Source: Giardia intestinalis
Taxonomy: Eukaryota
Assembly (NCBI GenBank): GCA_000002435.2
Contig: CM018793.1
Length of the DNA stretch: 64,000 bases
Reading direction: 5' to 3' (one strand)
Both the position numbers and the translations under genes were made by a program. Shown here in pieces: positions 48,283 to 61,100 of this stretch; the first letter of the stretch is position 1; each line of letters begins with the position of its first letter. The notes beneath the pieces were generated by a model that was not told the origin of the DNA, ran no database searches, and saw nothing but the letters and a program-made list of their open reading frames with translations.

Positions 48283-48853
48283 GGATTAAAATTTTAATTT
48301 TTACAAGCATTCATGGCCCCGGGGAGGCTCATCTCTGCTTCTTAGGGCTCGAATATGGAGCGCGCCTCTAATTATAACCCACGATGCTTCTGAAGAAAGG
48401 TATCATGGTATAAAAGCACAATCCCACCTAGTTCCAAGGCACTTTCTGGCAAACTTTTTGTGAAAAAGGAAATTGATGGCCTACGCGAGCCATTGTCTTC
48501 CTTCGAGCCCTCCATTGTAATTCTTGTCATGTGGGGTGCGCTCTTAGGTTTCTAAAGTCACCCTCTTCAGGAGTGTTAAAAAGCACCGCAGCCAGAACAG
48601 GAGGTTGGTTCTTAAGTGTGCATACATCAACAACAGAGCCCTTCTACTTGTCAACTTTTATCTGCGTCTATGCATGTTGTTTTCGTAGAGTTCCGTTTTC
48701 ATCAGAAGGGAATGCATACCGAGAATGTGCCTTTAGGGCTGAAGCCACACGCCAGACAAGGGGGGAGCCTAGAATAGAAGCAAGTGTAGAGGTAAATTTG
48801 AAGTATCACTCTCTATCTGAGAACACCATTGGCTGCTCAAAAATTAAAAACAC

Positions 48854-50989
48854 ATGTTGAGTCCGGTTGAGACAAACTACCTCATCTATCGCTTCCTTTT
48901 GGAGTCGGGATATGTTCATGCCGCGTTCATGTTTGGACATGAATCTGGTATTATTTCTGCTGGAATAGCCGATCGGTCAGTTCCTGTAGGCGCACTATTG
49001 ACTCTCTTGGAAAAGGGCATGCAACTGCTCGACATAGAAGTACATATGGATGCGAATGGGCGACTACATATATGTGAGCAGCCCTTCAGCCTTTTCCAGC
49101 CTCACAGATGCTCAGTGAAAACACTTCGGAATAGAGACCCCGAGTCTAACCATCTAGACGAACACGGTCAACAACCTGAAGAATTTCCGGCAGCAGAAGA
49201 TACCGAGTTGATGAACTCGCTTACGGTATCTAAGAAGTCTCTCGATAAAGACGATCAGGCAGCAGGCGAGGCTCTTGCGCTGCTAGCCAATAACACAACC
49301 CAGTACACAGAGAATAGTATAATGGACTGTCTCATAGAGAAGAAAGAGATCCTTCCCGCTGCAGAAGATCTCATCAACATGTCGCCTGCCATGCTCGACC
49401 TGCATCCAAAGACTCTAAACTTAACGGTACGGGAAGATCAGTACATAAGAGAAATAATAAAACGGATATATGCCGCAGGGTTGGACCAGGTGGGCAACGA
49501 AGATGGAAATGATGAGGTGTCCGTAACAGACAAGGGGACCCAGCAGGATGCAAAGGGTGCACATGAAGATATTAGGCTTGTGCCTCCCCAGGTGTTTGAG
49601 TCTATGCTACAAACAGTTCAGCAGCCCACAGACGTGAACGTGACAAAGGAGTACATATATCTACCCGTCAAATATCAAGGTATCCTCGATAATATCGCTT
49701 CGCAGGAAACAGGCATGCGTGGATCTTTGGTAGAGCGGTGTATAACAGTGGCCGATGTTGGTATACTTGTAATCGAGATAGAGAACAACAGAAGTCGGGA
49801 ACGGACGCGTGCCAGTCGGACAAGCCGGGGAAGCAAGTCCTCTGGTATCGAGATCTCCTTCATTTCATACAGCATGTTGGTGTCGCCTCCCAACAACGCT
49901 TTTGTTACATCAGAAATGCTGGCCACAGCTGCTACGCATACGATAATCGACAATCTATTATACATGGTAATCGGCTTCAGCGACGGAATGATTCTCGTGT
50001 GCACCTGCAATAGCTCCTTGAATATCTCAGCAATCTATGCAGCCCATCCCTTTGGCTATTTTGCGGTCCGGAAAATAGTGTTTTCCGATTGTAAAGGATA
50101 TGTGGTAGTGATTGGAGACACCACTAGACCATTCGTTTTGGACATCGGAACGTATACAAGCATGCTCCTAGAGCAGCACGTTCTAGGTACAGACATAGGT
50201 TCTCACGCAGGCGACCTAGGAAGAGCGTGTGCAGACGTTTTTGTGCACATCACAAGGAACAAAGATTTTGATGCTAGTAGCAGCTTAACATCGTGGCCAC
50301 TGTGCACTAGTGACTTTCACATCAACTTTAATGAACATAACGCCCTCAAGCAATTGTGCGCAGATGTGTGCTGGGTGACTGACAGGTCATTCTCAGTGTT
50401 GGGCGATGGCTATATTATTATACTATCCTTTCATTCCGAGGACAAGACCCTTCGGCTGAACGGTGTCTACCAGTGTTCGGTACAGAAGGCAAACAGAATG
50501 ATTTGGATAAACGATAGCAAGATGTTGGCTGTGATAGGAAGTAACTGCATTGCATACTACAGTGTGAATGTAACGAAGGCCGCTGAACACTCAGCTCCGA
50601 ATGGCTTGGAAAGGATCCAGCTGCGCATGCTTTCTGACACAATGCAATTTTCTGAAGAGTGCTTCTCCGATGTCTTCGATTACCAAAAACACATTGTAGT
50701 GACGGCGACGAATGGTCAAATATATGGAATAAACAAAACGTCTCCAACGTCACTGGCGTGGGACGTCAAGCTTTCAGGCCGGCCTGTATATGTGCACCTG
50801 GCTAGCATCAGTGACTGGTTCTTTGTGAGCATGGATACCGGTAATCTATTCATCATTAATGATTCTGGTCACGTTCTCGGGGAACTCTCGATTTTTGACG
50901 GTGAATCATGCGACGCAATAAGCGGCCTCACCAACCCACTTTTGTATGGCTCTGCAAACACGGTGTGCCTACTGAGTGATATCTACTAG
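48854..50989 (+). CDS. LisH-domain protein, TBL1/Sif2-like N-terminus
   Basis: N-terminal VETNYLIYRFLLESGYVHAAFMFGHESGI resembles the TBL1 LisH ([30 protein letters not shown]). Initiator aaattaaaaacacATG. The C-terminal ~400 aa are Cys/hydrophobic-rich and may be a divergent propeller. 711 aa. Confidence 0.65.
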   Translation: MLSPVETNYLIYRFLLESGYVHAAFMFGHESGIISAGIADRSVPVGALLTLLEKGMQLLDIEVHMDANGRLHICEQPFSLFQPHRCSVKTLRNRDPESNHLDEHGQQPEEFPAAEDTELMNSLTVSKKSLDKDDQAAGEALALLANNTTQYTENSIMDCLIEKKEILPAAEDLINMSPAMLDLHPKTLNLTVREDQYIREIIKRIYAAGLDQVGNEDGNDEVSVTDKGTQQDAKGAHEDIRLVPPQVFESMLQTVQQPTDVNVTKEYIYLPVKYQGILDNIASQETGMRGSLVERCITVADVGILVIEIENNRSRERTRASRTSRGSKSSGIEISFISYSMLVSPPNNAFVTSEMLATAATHTIIDNLLYMVIGFSDGMILVCTCNSSLNISAIYAAHPFGYFAVRKIVFSDCKGYVVVIGDTTRPFVLDIGTYTSMLLEQHVLGTDIGSHAGDLGRACADVFVHITRNKDFDASSSLTSWPLCTSDFHINFNEHNALKQLCADVCWVTDRSFSVLGDGYIIILSFHSEDKTLRLNGVYQCSVQKANRMIWINDSKMLAVIGSNCIAYYSVNVTKAAEHSAPNGLERIQLRMLSDTMQFSEECFSDVFDYQKHIVVTATNGQIYGINKTSPTSLAWDVKLSGRPVYVHLASISDWFFVSMDTGNLFIINDSGHVLGELSIFDGESCDAISGLTNPLLYGSANTVCLLSDIY

Positions 50990-51000
50990 AGCGTAGCGGC

Positions 51001-52056
51001 CTATCCCTTGACTACCTTTACTTTGGTATTTTCCCTGTGATTAGCTAATTGTTCCACGGATTGGTATGGAACTTTTTTATTTATATTTAATGTGTGGAGC
51101 ACGGGCAAGGGCTCTCCTTCAAATCGATGGCTCAACAGCGAGCGTGGAAAGCCATTGTTTGCTAGCACGTGTTTGACGAGTTCCTCATATGCTCTAATGG
51201 AGCAATAAAAGGATCCACTGCTAGGCAATGGAGGGTACCACCCGCATTTAAAAGTAAGATACCGTGAGGGAACCAGAGGGAAGGAGTGCCCGGATATTGA
51301 TAGCTCTTTTGTCAAGAGATACTCTATGGCAGATTCGTTCTCTAGACCTGCCATTATATGTATTAACATACTAGCCATATAGCGCACCTGGTGATACAAA
51401 AATGCGGATCCAATTACGTGAAAAATGCACGCATTTTCGTGTTCATATACCTCAGAGCAATATATTTGCCTGTTGTAAACTGTCTTGTGATCCCTTTCAT
51501 GGTGACAGAAATTATGGAAGCTATTAGACCCAAGGAAGCGCTGCGCTGCTGAGTTTGCTTTCTCGCGCAGATTTGGCGGTACGTTATAACCTAGAATGTA
51601 TTCATACTCTCGTGCAACACAAGAGTGTCGTGCAGAGAAGTCCTTTGGAATGGCTGTCGATAACCCTAAGACCCGTATCTGCGACGGAAGAACCCGATTG
51701 AGGTGGAAAGCAAGGCATGTAGCTGAGCCTGATGTGTGAATACAAATAGAACTCGGCTCAATCGGAAGACCCTCCAAAGCTCCAAGTACCCTAGAGTTGT
51801 GAGGAGGCAGGCAGGGAACGGCTGGGACGAGCTTGCCGAGCTGCAGCGTGTACAGCATGCACTCAGCAGAAACACCTGCGTCGGTTCTTCCGGTGCGCTC
51901 CAGTTCTATATCCTTAATGGTCTCATTTTCCTTAAGATATCCTGTCTTCTGCAACCCCTCAAAAAGGGCTCCCTCGACCGTCGAGCCTCCAGTGGGCTGG
52001 TATGCGTTGCCGTGGAAGGCAGTTCCGTGGAAGGCAACGAGCAGAGCAACCCGCAT
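51001..52056 (-). CDS. tRNA pseudouridine synthase, TruA/Pus1-Pus3 family
   Basis: MRVALLVAFHGTAFHGNAYQ…TVEGALFEGL…RTDAGVSA (the catalytic Asp motif RTDxGV) and a YHQVRYM motif. 351 aa. Confidence 0.8.
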   Translation of the reverse strand: MRVALLVAFHGTAFHGNAYQPTGGSTVEGALFEGLQKTGYLKENETIKDIELERTGRTDAGVSAECMLYTLQLGKLVPAVPCLPPHNSRVLGALEGLPIEPSSICIHTSGSATCLAFHLNRVLPSQIRVLGLSTAIPKDFSARHSCVAREYEYILGYNVPPNLREKANSAAQRFLGSNSFHNFCHHERDHKTVYNRQIYCSEVYEHENACIFHVIGSAFLYHQVRYMASMLIHIMAGLENESAIEYLLTKELSISGHSFPLVPSRYLTFKCGWYPPLPSSGSFYCSIRAYEELVKHVLANNGFPRSLLSHRFEGEPLPVLHTLNINKKVPYQSVEQLANHRENTKVKVVKG

Positions 52057-52133
52057 TGCTTCAAGGGATTTACAAATTTAGACCAGGAGCACAGACTTCT
52101 TCGCAAGGCGCTACACCCGATGTTCTAAGCAGC

Positions 52134-55100
52134 CTAGTTATTCTCGTCATCTGTAAAAGATATGGATGTGTCTGCATTGCTTGCGGGTATCTGGCTTAGC
52201 GTGCCTGGAAGGTGTCTGGACCTTCGCTGATGCTTGAGGTATCCAGCCGAGCTTTCTCGCGGTAATTCATGGTCTTCGTCCACTGGGCTAGGAGAAAGCA
52301 TACCATGGACTGTTAGCAGTTGTGCTCGTTGCGATTCCGAATGCAAGGGCTGGGCAACTGGCCGTGGAACATTCTTCTTTGAGGGTTCAGCTACCGGCAA
52401 CCGGATGCCCATCTCATGCCTAGGACTCTTTGGTGATTCCCCATACTTGCTTCCATGCGGCTTTGGGGGCAGGCTAGGGCTCTTTTGAAGTGGCCGACCG
52501 TTCATGTCAATAATGTGCACACTTGTCTTCATGTTTATAATACGTTGGTCCGAGACTACTATTGGCTTGGAGTGTACTTTAAGCACCTGGCCGAGTGTGT
52601 ATCGCTTGTTCGGGCACTCTGTATGCTCTCGTTCTTTATGTTCTTCAGACACAACATAGGTGCACTCAAGTTGCATGCGAGCAAGCACGTCGCGAGGAAG
52701 TGCTTTAGCACTCATGGCAGCCAACTCTGACGCAGGTTTCACCGTAGTTATCTGCGGCTTGAGCATGGCACTACCCCTGTCTGCACAAGCTCGTGCAAGC
52801 ATACCTATGCTCATTGTATGCCCTCGCTTCATTGCATACGGTGAAACATGATGTAGCATTCCTTTGCGTGATACGTTAGCTAAGGAGCGACCAAAGCAGG
52901 ATTCACGCTTTAATACGGCATTAGAGTGCGTTGGAGACCCAACCAGCTTGAAATTACTCACGTCCAGGGGAACCGTCTTACGACCAGGGCTTATCCAGAG
53001 AGAGTTTTGGAAGGTTGTCATCTCTCCCTTGGTGAGCTTGTGTGATTGAATGGCGTACAATCCTGTCTTCTCGTGACTTTTCTGTGTGCTGGAGTATCCC
53101 TCCACTTTATGACGCCACCTTAGCAGAGATGATAGGATGTCTGGACCCCCATGTAAGAGATCCGGGGTCTGGCCTCCTTCTCGTAGACCAAAGCCCCGAA
53201 CTATTGGGGTAGCATTCACGTTATACACCTTTTGATGAAGAGCGTTACGCACTGCTCGGGAGAACATCAGCTGGGCATTCTTGCTACACAAATCACGAGT
53301 GCTCTGTGACCGCCGAGACCCGGCAGCTATTTCCCATGCGCTCATCTTCTTTGATTCTATGGATTCACGACATCTTTGTGCTGTGATCATCTTGTTCCCG
53401 TGCGCTAGCTGGATTGCTTTGGAGAGAACCTCAAAGGTTTGCGATAGAACTATGTTGTGGAACTCCTCGTCTGTCATTTTAGCTTCTGGATACGACGCCA
53501 CATATGTATGGTCCTGCTGTGTGTTCCCTGACCCCCACACAGAGAATGGTGTCAGAGCAAACCCTGGATCATCAGGCTCTAGCTGCTTCTTTATCACCGT
53601 CGGGGTTGCTGCCGAATTCTGCATGCTGATTGTTGTAGGGCTACAATAGCTATTAGCCTCGGCACTGAGCGTTGTAAGCTCAACCTTTGTCTGTTCCACC
53701 TGCTTCCTTATCCGTATGTCTGCTTCAATGTCCGTGTACTGCTGCAGCGTTGTTCTGGGTGCTGCCTTAGCAAACTCGCGAATTAACGTATAATCGGTTT
53801 GCCTTTCTTCCTTTGAAGTCTGCTCTGTGCTTAGCTCAAAGAGAGAAGATGTGTTAACAGACATCACGTTGATCATCTCAGAGTATCTATTTGTAATTGG
53901 ATCCGTGAGTAGACACTCCTCTAGCATCCGAATGAGCTCCTGGTTCCTCCGCTGCACAGGAGGAATGTCCTGCTGGTTGCTATCTTCAGAGGACTTGGTC
54001 GAAGATGGTAAATCACCTACTATCATTGAGGGCCGCGAGATCTCTCGCATTGACTGTGTCTGCTCTATCTCTTGATCATCCTGCTGTGCTGTGATAAAGA
54101 TGTTTGCGTCTATTTTTGATACTATATAATCTTTCATATCCTCAATTGGTGGGCGAACGGGCTTGGGAGTAGGTATAGAGGAAGGGTCTGGGTCAGCGTC
54201 CAGCAATACTTTGTCATTCCGGAACATATTAGCTGAGCCAACATACTTTAACCTCTTCGTCCTTCTCCATGCGCTTACATACTCTGCTTTGATATGTGTC
54301 TTATCCATGGTACTCGAGGACTCTGAGGATACAAAAGTGGGGCTCAAGATTGGATTTCGAGAAGCACGATGATACTTAGCAATCATTCGTTTAGTCAGGA
54401 GAGAAGGCTGAAGAGGCTTTGTCGGCGCATTCCACATGGCATTTCCAAGAGTTGCAATCCCCGTGGATGTGTGCACTGCTAACGTAGGCAGGTGTACCCG
54501 CGCTTCTTTCTTCGCAGCAGCCAGATGAATGGATATCGAAGAGCGTCGTTTTGGCTTCTGGATGCTATGTTGTTCGGAGTATCTCATGGCTGGTGAAGAT
54601 GTCACGCGTATGAGCTTTTTCCACTTATATTTTGGCAATGTGGTTGTACCTTTTCCCTGAAGAAGTCCTTCGTTTCTTCGCAGCATCGTGTTTCGTTTGT
54701 AGGCGTCTGCAGATGAGACTGTGCGCTCGCTATTAGAAGCATCTCGAGCCCACCTGCACTCCCTTAAGATTCTATTATAGCATGTAACGTTTAGTTCTCT
54801 TAGTGTAGGATTAGAAAGAGTGCGCTTGTTAGATTCACCTGAGGAAGGTGGCTTTTTGTCATATCTTGTGGTTATCTTACCAATTTTCTTGTTTCTTTGA
54901 AGTATCTGAGGTCTCGACATCTTCTTTGCGCAGCTTCCACCACGGCTCAGAGTGTGCACAGTTGGTAATTCGGTCATATCTAGGCATGCACGATTGCTGG
55001 CTTGATCAGATAAGGGTGAGTCTGGTGGGATAAGATCGCTCACTGATAATGATGGGGATGACGAAGTGATGCTATCCAGATCTATGATAAAGGAGTCACC

Positions 55101-58100
55101 CTCATCCCGCAGAAGGGATTCGCTGCTAGATAAGTTTAGGTCATCAGCCTCTTTGATATACTGGAGCATGGTGCGTTGCTCTTTCCAGTTCCTAGCTTTT
55201 GGGCCGACCATGTCCTGTATCTTTTCCTCAATGTGCTGTAAGCGTGAATATTGATGATTAATCGATAGTTCCGTAACATTCATAGATTCGAATGGTGTAC
55301 TTATCAACCCAGATTGCATCCTAAGTGCAGAGTTATCACTCAAGTCTACTCTGGGGATGATATTGCCCAATTCATCAAGAAGTTTTTGGTGCGCAAGCCG
55401 TGAAACGCTCTTGTTTCCGATGCGTGGAGAGGCCACTCGCATCGAATTGCGTAGCTGCATCTGCCGAGAAATGGTTTTCTCTAAGTCCATAGTCAGCTGA
55501 AGTAATTCTGTAGTTGGTGCTGGCTTCACCAAAAAGTCAAGCTCGTCATCTGATGTGCTTTCTTGCTCTGCAACAGTGACATTTGAAGGAACATATTTCT
55601 GGCCATCCGTAGTAAGACCTTCAATGGTAACGTCTATCGACTCAAGCGCGGGCTCTTGTAGATGTTTAAAGAGGTTAGCAATTCTTTCTTCCGCAGAGTC
55701 GGCTTCTACGTCCACAAATTTTGATTGAATATTCTGAAGAATATCAAGTATCTTGTCAGACGTTGAGAGACGCTCACTGCATTGTTCTAGAATCGGTATA
55801 GATGTGGCCTCATTGATACTACCTTGTTGGATTGCGGATATGGGGGTTCCAGCGAACGATGACGTAACATCTGTGACAGTTTCTAATTGTAGATTAATAG
55901 CTGTGTAGGCAGAAGTGTGCCCATCCTTGGTCGAGTTATCGCTCTGTGCAGAAGCAAACCTTCTAGATGTATTAGAGGCTGGTGATGTCTGCAGTGTATG
56001 CTTTGAGACTTTATTGTTGCCTATCGTCTCCTGACTTGCAGGAAGAGATGATGCCTGTGAAGCAGGCCTTTCCAACCTGAGCTTCTGTGTACTGTTGGGC
56101 CTAACAATTGTAGCAGTCCGTGATGCGCTGTCTGAAGGATTGCACGGTGCACTAGGTGCCCGGCAGAAGCTGTGCTGTAATCGGTTAAGGTCTGTGTTTA
56201 TGCCAACCAATACGTCAGCGACCGGCAGGGGGCTAATCAGTTCAGCATCCTTTAGTGACACTGCGCCAGCTTCAGAGGAATAAGGGCGAGAGCTAATTGA
56301 TTTATGGGGTGATGCAGATGCTATTCTAGACAATTCCTCGTCTATTTGGTGACTTATCTGACGAACTGTCTCGCGAGACCTCAATTGGCTGGAGACAAGA
56401 ACACTGCGAGACGAGCTTTCTCTGTCAGGAGGCAAATCCTGAAAGAATGCTAAAAGAGATGCTTCAGAGGAGTCCTCACCTCGGTCCCGTTCGTGTTGCT
56501 CGGACTGGTTATCTTGAATAGCAACATTGGGTGATTTTGATCGACAAGATTGAGCAGACAATCCCCCGGTGGGTTCAATTTCAAAGCCTGGAGGCAACTC
56601 TGCTAGTACAGGAACCAGTCTGCTCGTAGATGAACTTCGTCGCGGACTAGCATCAGTCTTAGCTACAGTATAATGAGATGATGACTCCCTTGTAACAATT
56701 GGAGGTACCAATATAGGGTTTGTGGGTGCCAGTGGAAAAGCTGGAGCGGACGAAGGATCTGGATCGCTAAGATTGCTGATTGAATAAGCAGGAGAATTCT
56801 CAGAAATAGCGACCTGATACCTACGCCCTAAGAGCTCATGTCTTGTGGATGGTTTAGATGAGGAAGATTCTGGTCGTATTTTGCCCGTGTTTTGAGTAGT
56901 CTGCCTTGCTTGTGCGGGCTCAATGTGCATCTGCTGAGTATCTCCCTGCTTTGTGCTAATTTGCTCAGATGGCAAGATAGGCTCTATAGCTGTGGATTGT
57001 GAGCCCGACTGAAGTGGTGTGTTAATGGAGTGTTTTACAGGCTCACTAAGCTCAAGAGAAAGTAGCCTTTCCTGTGCCCGCTGAATGGAGGCAATATTAT
57101 CATCATAATCCTTGAACGATCCATCGTCAAGGGCATCGAGTGATAGGTACACGTTTTGTGGAGATGCAGAAGGTGTAAAGGAACGTGTGGTAAATACTAC
57201 TTCCGTGTAAAGTAAAGCATTCCTGAGCATAGATCCACTGGGGGCTTGAACAGAAAGCCTGGGATACGTAGGCGCTTCAAGGCTTTGAGGGTGTTCTCCT
57301 TCTACCTGCTTATAGACTTCTATCCGCTCGATCAGCTCTCTGTTTGCGTAATTGATCAGTAAATCTGCAGTCTTTCCAATTTCAAAGTCTTCCAATGTCT
57401 GAAGAGGCTTCTCCTCTAAACCACTAGCCGGTTCTAACAGTAGGGGTTGTGACAGGGCCTTCTTTGGAAATGCTGTCTTGCCCTTACGCTTTTGCTTCCT
57501 CCTGTTCTTATTTTTATGCTGAATGTGAGCCACAATAACCTTGGCTACCGGCTCCTCGGTCTCATTTTCTAGTGTAGCAGATATCTTTACTGTCCCTCCC
57601 GCTTCCAGCGAATCTGTGATAATGGCATTATTCAGAAAGCTATATGGTGCAGCAGACAAGTCAGCAGTGTTCATAAGAAGGAGTCGCAAACAGTCCTTAT
57701 CTATTTGATGACGAAGAAATGTGTCTCCACAGACACGAAAACACTGTAAAGACAAAGAAAGGCTTGCGGCATAGTCTTCATCTATATCGTTGCAGTCCTC
57801 GCTCATCTCAGAGAGGAAAGCTAACGCAGAATCTATACGCTTATACGATGCATAGGTAATCGCTGGATAATTAGTGAATATAAGTGACCGCCTCATTATT
57901 GTATTCTTCATGCAACGACAACGCTGGTCGCAGAAGCAATAGAAGCACAGGCAGCCGCTGCATATATGGCAATATTTATCAGAAGAGGACGAGCTAGTGC
58001 TGCTGCGGGAAAGAGTAGCGGACTCCAGAAGATTTCTGAGACGATGCGGAATAGCTTGTGGGGCAAGAAAGCATTTGCAAAGAGCAGACTTCAAAACTCT

Positions 58101-61100
58101 TGTTTTAGCATCTAAGTCATCGGCCATCTGCATCACCCGTAGCTTAGTTCCTCCTCTGTGGCGGGGGCTATCCAACGCACCAGTCAGCTTTGCCTCCAAT
58201 TTAGTCGTTATCCCAGCAGAAATTTCTGCAGAAACGGCATCTAACAGCCTCTGTAAGAGCAAGCTGTTTGACGCATGGGCATCAAAGAGAAGAAGTTTGT
58301 GTGCAGCTTCTGTTGTTAGCTCGGTTGTATTTTTACTAACATAGCTTCTCTCGCGCTTTAAGCGCTCCATCAAACTACTGGTGTTGCCACTTAGGGTTGT
58401 GTTGTCCAATATCGTCTTTATCATGCTTTGCTTTTCGTTGAACAGTTTGCAGACAGCAATATCCTCTTGGAGCATCTGGGGAACAAGAGCCTCAAGGGGC
58501 TCCGCATGCTGCTCCATGGCTGTGACATCCATCTCTATCGACTGATATTTCTCTAGTAAATCAGCTTCCATTTTGGCCATTGTCTGGAGTTTGTTGTAGT
58601 TCCTGAGAAGCGAGTAGACAGTATCAAGGCCACAGCAGCTCAATATGGAACGAAGATTGCTCATTCTTCTGTCCCATGTAGAAACTTGAAATCTAGGAGC
58701 TAAGTCGGTAGTTTTCTGGCGTGGGAATGATGCATACTTGAAATTCGTATGTAAAATAGCAACACTGGCAAACAATTGCATGGTCTTCAGTCTTGATAAA
58801 CATGTGCCCAGGCTAGATCTCGTGGTCAAATAGCAGGCACTTTCTAACTGTTTAGTTGAGAGGGACAGTATTCTGGAAATAACAGATTTAAAAAGGTGAA
58901 GGTCTAGTTCTGGGATGAAGTCAGAAATGTTGATCATGGACCCGACTGATGGTAAGTGGGTGATCTTGTGCAATAGCGTAAGAAATAGCAAGCTATGTGT
59001 TTTGAAAAATAGAAGGTGCACAAATGAATCAGGAGCTTTCTGAGATACCAATTCATTAAGTGTAGGTTTTGATAAGACTGGGTCGGTATCAGATTGACTT
59101 CTTGCGTCAGAGTGATTGCTGATTGCGCCTGTTAAGAATATGTCTTGGAGTGCATCCTTATCTGTGCGAGTAGCAGTAACGTGAAGTGCATCTCCTTCGA
59201 TATGTTTCTTCTGCTTTGCAAGACGCTCCTTGTTGGCTAAGATGTACGCCTTCCACAGTTGTAAGGAAACCAGCTGCTTATAGATTCTGTCCCCGGCCTG
59301 AAGAAGCAAAGCAAAGCGTAGAAACGACCGCCTTGCCATAGGGCGCTGCTTGAGAACTTGAAAAACCCGGAACTTGAGGCAAAATTCATCGTGGTATGAC
59401 ATGCAGTATGGAACAGGTGTTCCGCGACTACCAGACTTCTTCCGGGGTGGAGGGGCAACCAACCGTTTAATTGAATCGCCTTCTGAGTCACTTTCATCAT
59501 CTGGACGTTGAGTAAGAAAGGTCGAGCCAGCTGCACGGGCCTGTCGAGATCCTATGTGGGCATCAAAGAGGTTACGCAGTTGGCTCTCTTTTCTCTGCAG
59601 CGCTGCCTCTTCTTCCCTTGCTTTTCTATTCTCCAGTGTCTTAGTCGCTACGTCACCAGGGATCATCAAAAAGCCATCATCATCCTCGATGGTACGATAT
59701 CCTACTCTCCCATCTTCAGCAAATGACTCAACAACATATGCTTTCTTGACAATCCGTCGATTGACAGCGTCATAAACGGTGCATCCGTTTATCATCAGGT
59801 AGAGTGTGCATATGAAGAAACTAGCATACCCAGGGCGCGCAGCCAGCGAGGAGGCAGCCATCAGACGGGCAATGTCTTTCGAGAAGCAGTAGTCCTCCCA
59901 TCTGCGCAGATACGTTTGAACCAACGACTTGACCCTGAATTGATTTGCCAGTAGAATCTTGTACCGCTGCAATCGTATCTTATCTATGTACTGCTTCCAG
60001 AGGCCCAAGTACTTAGTCATGAGCTTGTGTCTTCCACGGGCAAGGTCTGACCACCGGTAGAATGCTGTGATTAGAAGCTTATCGTAGGTCAAAAGAAGGA
60101 AAGTCTTCCTGATTCGGAGCATTCTGATTGTTGTTAGCCAGGCTACAAAAATGGGTGAGATGAGAGTGTACTTGAGCAGAGTCAAGCGAATGTACAGGAC
60201 AACCTGCACTCGATACTGAATATCAAAGACAAAGCTGTGTATGAGATACGAAGATCGAGTAGGAACTAACGTCTTTGCTATGTCGTAAAATCTTATTGGC
60301 ATTCCTTTCAGTAATTCTTTGTAGACCGATCGGGGATTATCAGGAGGTAGTTGGAGACTCTGGTAGCCGTTTGCTTGGCCTTCATCACGCTCAATGAATG
60401 CCTTTAGTTGCTTGCGGTAAGTCTTAAGATACTTCATTAGATATAAGAAAAACTGAAAGATGTCATTTGTGACCCTCAGATTGATCCTTTTCGTAAATGT
60501 GACGACGAAGAGGTTGAGCTGCGTGTTGATGCGGGCCCTCTCCTTGAAGCACGCAAAGTACTTGCTCTGTAGAAAGATATTACATAGATACTCCATCTGC
60601 TTGTGTTTGATACAAATCAGCATCTCTGTTCTCCAAGTCGAGAACACCTTACGATGTAGAACATGACGATACATTCTTATTATGAAGGTGTAGACACGCC
60701 AGAGGCGGAAGACGATCCCTGGAATGACCAAAGCCCGGCGGTGGGCCGACTCCAAGAGCCTCAAGATTGCCGCACTGCGCCGGAGCAAGCGGATCTGTCT
60801 CTGCAAAAAGATCACTGACCGGACGCTCTGCTCAGTGATCAGCTCGCTGTGAACGAATGCGTGAATGTCCTCCATATTAACGGGGATTGTCCAATTGTAA
60901 ATGAACGATTGTGGGGGCTTGTAGGACGCCCCCAATATCCTGTTCTTACTCCTGCAATGAGAAAGTATCTCTGAAGTAGAGCTGATAGTGTCAGTTTTAG
61001 AAGTATCACTCAAGGCGGAGGTAGATGGGAGGGTGTTGCGTCTCACCAGTGGAAGGTCTGCAGTGGGCGAGTGGACAAGCAAGGGGCTAGCTATTCCAGT

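Noticed and set aside
47569-48297. 242-aa plus-strand ORF antisense to the 5' end of the 45124..48282 ankyrin gene
   Set aside because: Antisense to a strongly supported gene. Its translation has no domain, and its own upstream sequence has no initiator.
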